Below, in pieces: positions 29,290-35,452 of a DNA stretch of 35,452 nucleotides (position 1 is its first letter; the number at the start of each line of letters is the position of its first letter). The stretch is from positions 1 through 35,452 of the forward strand of contig JAICVH010000001.1 in the NCBI GenBank assembly GCA_025935435.1, read 5' to 3'. The DNA is from Burkholderiales bacterium. GTDB lineage: Bacteria > Pseudomonadota > Gammaproteobacteria > Burkholderiales > Casimicrobiaceae. The translations under genes and the position numbers were made by a program. Below the pieces are notes generated by a model that did no database searches, was not told the origin of the DNA, and was given only the letters and a program-made list of their open reading frames with translations.

Positions 29290-30312
29290 TCAGGCGAGCT
29301 GTGCGCCGGACGCACGACCTTCCGTCATCCGTGACCAGCGGCGCGCGAGATCCGCCCGCACCGGTGGCAACCATCGCGTCAGCAGGTCGTCCATCGCGTC
29401 GAAGTCGTTGCAGACGAGAACGACGTCGCACCCCGCGTCGATTGCTGCGGTCGCGCGCGCCACGATGTCACCGACCGCGTGCGCACCGACCATTTCGAGA
29501 TCGTCCGAAAACACGAGGCCGTCGAATCCAAGCCGTCCGCGCAGCACGTCGCTGATCCACACGCGCGAGAAACCGGCCGGCTGCGCATCGACGCTCGGAT
29601 ACACGACGTGTGCGGGCATGATCGCCGGCAGTGCCTGCTGGATCAGCGCGGCGAAGGGAACGACGTCGTACTGAAGGATCGTGTCGAGCGGCCGATCGTC
29701 GATCGGTGTCGCGACATGCGAATCCGCCACGACGAAGCCGTGCCCTGGAAAATGCTTGCCGACGCCGGCAACGCCGCCTTCCTTCAAGCCCCGCAACAAC
29801 GCGCCTGCGAGATCGGCCACGATGATCGGGTCGGCGTGGAACGCGCGATCGCCGATGACCGTGCTTGCGCCGTAATCGAGATCGAGCACCGGGGTGAATG
29901 CGACGTCGACGCCGTGCGCGCGCAACTCGCGCGCCAGCGTGCGACCGTGCTGGAAGGCGGAATCGTTCGCCGCTGCGGGATCGCCGTCCCACGCATGGCC
30001 GAGCGAGCGCATCGCAGGGATCACCGAGAATCCATCGGCGCGAAAACGCTGCACGCGTCCGCCTTCCTGGTCGACGCCGATCACGAGTTCGGGCCGCATC
30101 GCATGAATCGCGTCGTTGAGCGCATGCAGTTGCGCCGACGATTCGAAGTTGCGCGCGAACAGGATGACACCGCCGACGCGCGGATCCGCGAGCCGTGCGC
30201 GATCATCGTCGGTCAGCGTGAGCCCCTGGACGCCGAGCATGATCGGCCCGCGCAAGCCTACGTCGACTGCCGGCATTCCGGACCTTCGGTCGCTTGGTGG
30301 ATGGGCGGTCAT
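29290..30312 (-). CDS. nagZ: Beta-N-acetylhexosaminidase (GH3)
   Basis: GGVILFARN, DQEGGRVQR, KHFPGHG..ADSH, MPAHVVY, FSDDLEM. Confidence 0.95.
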   Translation of the reverse strand: MTAHPPSDRRSGMPAVDVGLRGPIMLGVQGLTLTDDDRARLADPRVGGVILFARNFESSAQLHALNDAIHAMRPELVIGVDQEGGRVQRFRADGFSVIPAMRSLGHAWDGDPAAANDSAFQHGRTLARELRAHGVDVAFTPVLDLDYGASTVIGDRAFHADPIIVADLAGALLRGLKEGGVAGVGKHFPGHGFVVADSHVATPIDDRPLDTILQYDVVPFAALIQQALPAIMPAHVVYPSVDAQPAGFSRVWISDVLRGRLGFDGLVFSDDLEMVGAHAVGDIVARATAAIDAGCDVVLVCNDFDAMDDLLTRWLPPVRADLARRWSRMTEGRASGAQLA

Positions 30313-30323
30313 TGCGTATTCCT

Positions 30324-31076
30324 TCAGCTACCGACTGCGGCCTGTCGCATCAGCGCCTTCATCTCGCGTACCGCCTCGCGCAAGCCGACGAAGACACTGC
30401 GTGAAACGATCGCATGTCCGATGTGCAGTTCGCGCACGCCCGACAACGCGGCAACCGGCTGGACGTTGATGTAATTGAGCGCATGCCCGGCGTTGAAGCG
30501 CATGCCGAGGTCGCGAATCGCGCGGCCGGCGCTGCGAATGCGGTCGAGCTCGGCAACGACCGCCGCGCTTTCGGCGTCGCGTCCCTTGGCGTGGAACGCA
30601 TGCGCGTACGGCCCGGTATGCACTTCACAAACGCGCGCGCCGACCCGCGCCGCGGCTTCGACTTGCGCCACCTCCGCGTCGATGAACACCGACGTGACGA
30701 TTCCTGCGCCTGCGAGGCGGGCGATCGCATCGCGCAGCTTGTCTTCCTGACCGGCGACGTCGAGCCCGCCTTCGGTGGTCACTTCCTCGCGGCCCTCGGG
30801 CACCAACATCGCCATCTCGGGGCGTAGCGTGCACGCGATGTCGACCATTTCGTCGGTCGCGGCCATCTCGAGGTTGAGCTTGATGTGCACCAGATCGCGC
30901 AGCCTGCGCACGTCCTCGTCCTGGATGTGACGACGATCTTCGCGCAGATGCACGGTGATGCCGTCGGCGCCGCCGAGATGCGCCTCGACGGCCGCCCAGA
31001 GCGGATCGGGCTCGTACGTGCGCCGCGCCTGCCGCAACGTCGCCACGTGGTCGATATTGACGCCGAGTTCGATCAC
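30324..31076 (-). CDS. pdxJ: Pyridoxine 5'-phosphate synthase
   Basis: GTG 31076; [45 protein letters not shown]. Confidence 0.96.
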   Translation of the reverse strand: MIELGVNIDHVATLRQARRTYEPDPLWAAVEAHLGGADGITVHLREDRRHIQDEDVRRLRDLVHIKLNLEMAATDEMVDIACTLRPEMAMLVPEGREEVTTEGGLDVAGQEDKLRDAIARLAGAGIVTSVFIDAEVAQVEAAARVGARVCEVHTGPYAHAFHAKGRDAESAAVVAELDRIRSAGRAIRDLGMRFNAGHALNYINVQPVAALSGVRELHIGHAIVSRSVFVGLREAVREMKALMRQAAVGS

Positions 31077-31089
31077 GCCGTTTCCCCGG

Positions 31090-31845
31090 TCATTCGCGTT
31101 CCCTTTCGTCGTCGAGCGCCGCCAGGTCCTGCACGACGCGCCGGCTGAAGATCCGTCGTTCCTCGAGATAGTGGTCGAGCACGCCACGCATCAAACGTTT
31201 GGCCTCGGCGGCGGTTTCCGCATCGGGGTAACGTGCGGTGGCGAGCGCGATCAGCGTTGCACCGCGCACGACCGGCCAGCGCGTACCGGGCTCCGCGGCG
31301 AGCGTCGGTCCACGGTCGTACGTGTAATGGTAGCGTTCGGTCGCCTCGACCGGCAGGCCGCTGTCGACATCGCGTTCCAGCGGCAATGCATAGCCGAGTG
31401 CTGCCAGCAACCGCAATTCGAACCGTCGCAGCGTCGCCGCCTGCGCGGCCGCGCGTGGATCCTCGGTCAGCGCGCGCAGCGCGGACGCGTAATCGCTCCA
31501 GAGCACGGCGTGCGGGTCCTCGCGCGGCAACAGCTTCAACAGCAATTCATTCAGGTAGAAGCCACAGAGCAGCGCAGCGCCCGTCGGCAATGCGAGCCCG
31601 CCGCGCCACTCGGCCTTCACGAGGGTCTTCAGTTCGCCGGTGCCCGCCCACGACAGCGCGAGTGGCTGAAACGCATGCAGCACGCCGCGCAGTTCCGACC
31701 GCGGCCGGCGTGCGCCCTTCGCGACCATCGCCACGCGTCCGGCCGTTTCGGTGAACGTTTCGACGATGACGCTCGTCTCCTTGTATGGATACGTGTGCAG
31801 GATGAACGCCGGCTCGTCGTCGTGGCGTTGGCGGAGCTGACGCAT
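31090..31845 (-). CDS. recO: DNA repair protein RecO
   Basis: [46 protein letters not shown]; position after era. Confidence 0.94.
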   Translation of the reverse strand: MRQLRQRHDDEPAFILHTYPYKETSVIVETFTETAGRVAMVAKGARRPRSELRGVLHAFQPLALSWAGTGELKTLVKAEWRGGLALPTGAALLCGFYLNELLLKLLPREDPHAVLWSDYASALRALTEDPRAAAQAATLRRFELRLLAALGYALPLERDVDSGLPVEATERYHYTYDRGPTLAAEPGTRWPVVRGATLIALATARYPDAETAAEAKRLMRGVLDHYLEERRIFSRRVVQDLAALDDERERE

Positions 31846-31854
31846 CGTGAGCCG

Positions 31855-32742
31855 TCAGTAGCCGAGGCGATTCAGCATCGCGTCGCTTTGCGCCCACCCG
31901 CGCTTGACGCGCACCCACACTTCGAGAAATACGCGGCCGCCGAAGAGCTTCTCCATCTCGGCGCGCGCGTGCGATGCGATCGTCTTCATCCGGGCGCCCT
32001 CCTTGCCGACCAGGATCGCGCGTTGGCTGGGCTTGTCGACGAGGACGGTGGCGCTGATTCGTCGCAATTCGCCTTCCTGCGCGAACGCGTCGATCACGAC
32101 GGCCGTCGAATACGGAACTTCGTCGCCGAGCTGACGAAAAATCTGCTCGCGAACGAATTCCGATGCAAGGAAGCGCTCGTCGCGATCGGTCAGCGTGTCG
32201 TCGTCGTACAGGGCGGCGCCGGCGGGAAGAAGGTCAGCGATCGCCGTCTTCAGCGCCGGCAATCCGGTACCGCGTTCAGCCGAAATCGGAATGATGGCGG
32301 TGAACTCGCGCGCGGTCGACCATTCGGCAATGCGCGGCAGCAGTGCGCGCTTGTTCGCCAGCGCATCGGTCTTGTTCAGCGCTGCGATGACCGGTACGCC
32401 GTTCGGAAGCATCGCCAGCACGTCGCGGTCCGCCCCGGTGATGCGGGCGGCGTCGGCGACGAACACGATCGCATCGACATCGATAAGCGCATCGCGCACG
32501 GCGCGCGCAAGACGCGTATTGAGTTTCGACGCATGTTGCGTCTGGAAGCCGGGCGTATCCACGAACACGTACTGCACGCCCGCCTCCGTGTGGATGCCGG
32601 CGACGCGATGCCGCGTCGTCTGCGGCTTGCGCGACGTGATGCTGATACGCGCCCCGACCAGCGCATTCAGCAGTGTCGACTTGCCGACCGAGGGTCGCCC
32701 GACGATCGCGACATGACCCGAGCGTTGGACGGCTTCAGCCAC
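31855..32742 (-). CDS. era: GTPase Era
   Basis: Start reassigned to GTG 32742 overlapping the rnc stop; GRPSVGKST, KPQTTR, DTPG, NKTD, ISA, EVPYS, KH domain. Confidence 0.95.
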   Translation of the reverse strand: MAEAVQRSGHVAIVGRPSVGKSTLLNALVGARISITSRKPQTTRHRVAGIHTEAGVQYVFVDTPGFQTQHASKLNTRLARAVRDALIDVDAIVFVADAARITGADRDVLAMLPNGVPVIAALNKTDALANKRALLPRIAEWSTAREFTAIIPISAERGTGLPALKTAIADLLPAGAALYDDDTLTDRDERFLASEFVREQIFRQLGDEVPYSTAVVIDAFAQEGELRRISATVLVDKPSQRAILVGKEGARMKTIASHARAEMEKLFGGRVFLEVWVRVKRGWAQSDAMLNRLGY

Positions 32743-33421
32743 GCGCACGCGGAGCGGCCTGCTGCATCGCCTCGAGCGCCTTCTGCGCGGCGTCCTGTTC
32801 GGCAGCGCGCCGGCTGGTTCCGCTGCCGCGGACGGCGATCGACAGTTCGGCGATCCGGCATTCGACCGAGAAACGTTGCGCGTGCGCTTCGCCGGTCGTG
32901 CCGATGATCGCGTACTCCGGAACCGGCAGCCGGCGCGACTGCAGCCATTCCTGCAAGCGCGTCTTCGGGTCCTTGCCGAGCGTTGCCGGGTCCGCGTCGC
33001 GCAGGACATCGGCGTACGCAGCGTCGATCGCACTGCGGGCCGCCTCGAATCCGGCATCGAGGAACACGGCACCGATCACCGCTTCCATCGCGTCCGCGAG
33101 AATCGACGACCGATCGGTGCCGCCGCTGCGCAGTTCGCCCTCGCCGAGGTGGATCGCATCGCCGAGGCCGAGCCGGCGCGCAACCTGTGCGAGCGTCTCG
33201 CGATTGACGAGATGCGCGCGCGCACGCGACAGATCGCCCTCAGGCAGCGTCGGAAAGCGCTCGTACAGCGAGAGCGCGACGGCACAGTTCAGCACCGCAT
33301 CGCCGACGAATTCGAGCCGTTCGTTGTTCGGGACGCCGTAACTTCGATGCGTGAGCGCCTGGCGCAGCAGGCTCGGGTCGGTGAAGACGTGCTCGATTGC
33401 GATGCGCGACGCGTCGCTCAA
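32735..33421 (-). CDS. rnc: Ribonuclease III
   Basis: ALTHRS, NERLEFVGDAVL signature, EGDLSR, ADAMEA, dsRBD (KDPKTRLQE..AEQDAA); TTG start. Confidence 0.96.
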   Translation of the reverse strand: MSDASRIAIEHVFTDPSLLRQALTHRSYGVPNNERLEFVGDAVLNCAVALSLYERFPTLPEGDLSRARAHLVNRETLAQVARRLGLGDAIHLGEGELRSGGTDRSSILADAMEAVIGAVFLDAGFEAARSAIDAAYADVLRDADPATLGKDPKTRLQEWLQSRRLPVPEYAIIGTTGEAHAQRFSVECRIAELSIAVRGSGTSRRAAEQDAAQKALEAMQQAAPRARG

Positions 33422-33490
33422 TCGTTTCTCACCGGATGCGAAATGACAGGCGCGGGCGTGCGATACGCCCGGGTTCGCGGCGCGCCTCGA

Positions 33491-33847
33491 CTAGCCGCGC
33501 GTCGAGCGTACCTCGAATTCGAGGAGGATGCTCGCGTTGCCGATCATGTGCAGCACCTTCTGCCACGACAGCGTCGCGACGATCTGGTTGCCCTCGCGAC
33601 CGACGAGCACGTCAGACGAGCGTACCGAGTCGACGTAATCCGCGGACAGGCGGCGGTCCATCGAGCGCCGGATGTCGGCGACCGTCGGGTTCTGCACCTC
33701 CGTCATCGTCTGGTCGAGCGCCTTCTGCACGGTGAAGTATTCGATGTACGAGGGCCCGACGCGGAACGCGACCAGCGCGACGACGACGATGACGACTGTC
33801 GTGAACAGGAATCCTGTCATCGACAATCCACGCTCTTTTGCAGCCAT
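33491..33847 (-). CDS. DUF4845 family protein (pilin-like N-terminus)
   Basis: ERGLSMTGFL followed by a TM helix, PSYIEY; canonical position between lepB and rnc; ATG 33847 with GGAGAGG upstream. Confidence 0.85.
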   Translation of the reverse strand: MAAKERGLSMTGFLFTTVVIVVVALVAFRVGPSYIEYFTVQKALDQTMTEVQNPTVADIRRSMDRRLSADYVDSVRSSDVLVGREGNQIVATLSWQKVLHMIGNASILLEFEVRSTRG

Positions 33848-33869
33848 GTTGCCTCTCCCCGTCACGTCT

Positions 33870-34694
33870 TCAGCGTATGCCGCTCCCTACGCGTTTGAAT
33901 GCAAACGACGCGATGTCGTCCCAGTTGAACCAGATGAAGAACGCGCGGCCCCGGACATGATCGTCCGGGACGAAGCCCCAATAGCGGCTGTCGTCGCTGT
34001 TGTCGCGGTTGTCACCCATCATGAAGTAGTGACCCGACGGCACCCGGCACTTGAAGCCGCGCTCATTGTAGTCGCAATTTTCGCGCCCGGAAAACGGTCG
34101 CACGTTCGACGGATACACCGGTTGCGCCTGCGTGTTGACGCCGATCGTGTGCGAACGGGCGGCGTCGCCGTCGGTGCGCTCGATGCTGCGCTCGAGCGTC
34201 TCGAAGCGCAGGCCCTCGAGGTAGCTGTACGTGCCATCGGACTGTTGCGGCCACGGCGTGCCGTTCACCGTCAGCCGCTTGTCGCGGTACTCGACGACAT
34301 CACCGCCAACGCCGATCACGCGCTTGATGAAGTCCTGCGACGGATTCAACGGATATCGAAACACGACGACGTCGCCGCGTGCGGGATTGCTGAGCGGAAT
34401 GATCTTCTGCTCGATGATCGGCAGGCGGATCCCGTAGACGAACTTGTTGACGAGAATGAAGTCGCCGACCTCGAGCGTGGGGCGCATCGACGATGACGGT
34501 ATCTTGAACGGTTCCGCCAGGAACGAACGCAACAGGAAGACGACGAGCAGGACGGGAAAGAACGATTTCGAATATTCGACCCACACCGGCTCGCGGGCTC
34601 CCTCCGCGCGGCTGCGGGCGAATGCGAGCCGATCGATCAGCCAGATGACGCCCGTGACGGCCGTCAGCACGAACAGGATCAGGGCAAAGTTCAT
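33870..34694 (-). CDS. lepB: Signal peptidase I
   Basis: EPFKIPSSSM (catalytic Ser), DFIKRVIG (Lys), MGDNRDNSDDSRYWG. Confidence 0.96.
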   Translation of the reverse strand: MNFALILFVLTAVTGVIWLIDRLAFARSRAEGAREPVWVEYSKSFFPVLLVVFLLRSFLAEPFKIPSSSMRPTLEVGDFILVNKFVYGIRLPIIEQKIIPLSNPARGDVVVFRYPLNPSQDFIKRVIGVGGDVVEYRDKRLTVNGTPWPQQSDGTYSYLEGLRFETLERSIERTDGDAARSHTIGVNTQAQPVYPSNVRPFSGRENCDYNERGFKCRVPSGHYFMMGDNRDNSDDSRYWGFVPDDHVRGRAFFIWFNWDDIASFAFKRVGSGIR

Positions 34695-34766
34695 CTACGA
34701 TCAGCCGGCATCGACGGGTAGAGCGGGGAGGCGACGGGAATCAGGCGGGCGGCATTGTCGCACGGC

Positions 34767-35452
34767 TCACTTGTCGCCGACCTGCAGAATCGCGAGGAAC
34801 GCTTCCTGCGGGATTTCGACGCTGCCGACCGACTTCATCCGTTTCTTGCCGGCCTTTTGCTTTTCGAGCAATTTCTTCTTCCGCGTGACATCGCCGCCGT
34901 AGCATTTTGCAAGCACGTTCTTGCGCATGGCCTTGATCGTCTCGCGCGCGATGATCTGCGCGCCGATCGCTGCCTGGACGGCGACATCGAACATCTGTCG
35001 CGGAATGAGCGAGCGCATCTTCGACACCACTTCACGTCCGCGATACGTCGCAACCGACCGATGCACCATGACCGACAGCGCGTCGACACGCTCGCCGTTG
35101 ATCAGGATGTCGAGCTTCACGACGTCGGCCGCGCGGAACTCGCGAAAGTCGTAGTCCAGCGACGCATAGCCTCGCGACACCGACTTCAGGCGGTCGAAGA
35201 AGTCCATGACGACCTCGGCCATCGGCAGCTCGTACGTGAGCAAGACCTGGCGGCCGGCGTATTGCATGTTCTTCTGGACGCCACGCCGCTCGGTGCATAG
35301 CGTCAAAACCGGGCCGACATATTCCTGCGGCATGAGGATCGTCGCGGTGATGATCGGCTCGCGGATTTCCTCGACGCGCGAGAGATCCGGAAGCTTCGAT
35401 GGATTCTCGATTTCGGCGACGTTGCCGTCGCGCGTCAGAACCTGATAGACGA
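34767..35452 (-). CDS. lepA: Elongation factor 4 (LepA), 3' part; 5' end beyond window
   Basis: Open frame to the window edge: [60 protein letters not shown]. Confidence 0.97.
   Translation of the reverse strand, partial: VYQVLTRDGNVAEIENPSKLPDLSRVEEIREPIITATILMPQEYVGPVLTLCTERRGVQKNMQYAGRQVLLTYELPMAEVVMDFFDRLKSVSRGYASLDYDFREFRAADVVKLDILINGERVDALSVMVHRSVATYRGREVVSKMRSLIPRQMFDVAVQAAIGAQIIARETIKAMRKNVLAKCYGGDVTRKKKLLEKQKAGKKRMKSVGSVEIPQEAFLAILQVGDK

Noticed and set aside
30955-32907. 650-aa plus-strand ORF
   Set aside because: Antisense shadow of recO, era and rnc.
32743-33072. Apparent N-terminal extension of Era (similar cases for PdxJ and the ALDH)
   Set aside because: Overlaps the upstream gene in another frame; better starts exist at 32742, 31076 and 6792.
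33422-33490. Possible rncO-like autoregulatory stem upstream of rnc
   Set aside because: Only a 7-bp stem (33453-33471) with a poorly paired extension; too short to call an RNase III site.

Overview
GC-rich bacterial chromosomal segment; gene order and protein sequences suggest a betaproteobacterium (inference). No rRNA, tRNA, CRISPR array, transposase or integrase was seen. Left to right: (1) a minus-strand eamA-gnd-gntK-metC operon, with metC truncated by the window edge and missing from the ORF track; (2) a four-gene gamma-glutamylation catabolic operon (glutamine-synthetase-like ligase, Fe-alcohol dehydrogenase, C26 gamma-glutamyl hydrolase, aldehyde dehydrogenase); (3) folD coupled to an orphan vWA gene, with a divergent Nudix gene; (4) a TAXI-type TRAP transporter; (5) a divergent 2-aminoethylphosphonate (AEP) locus: ABC transporter plus phnW on the minus strand, and gntR-phnA-phnY-Na/Pi transporter-EamA-dimethylglycine-dehydrogenase-like flavoprotein on the plus strand, followed by an IclR regulator; (6) the conserved lepA-lepB-DUF4845-rnc-era-recO-pdxJ-nagZ block, here lacking acpS. 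The best candidate for an undescribed system is the folate-linked sarcosine/dimethylglycine-dehydrogenase-like enzyme at the end of the phosphonate operon, a possible N-demethylase for N-methylated AEP. The locus appears to be controlled from overlapping back-to-back promoters covered by one palindromic operator.
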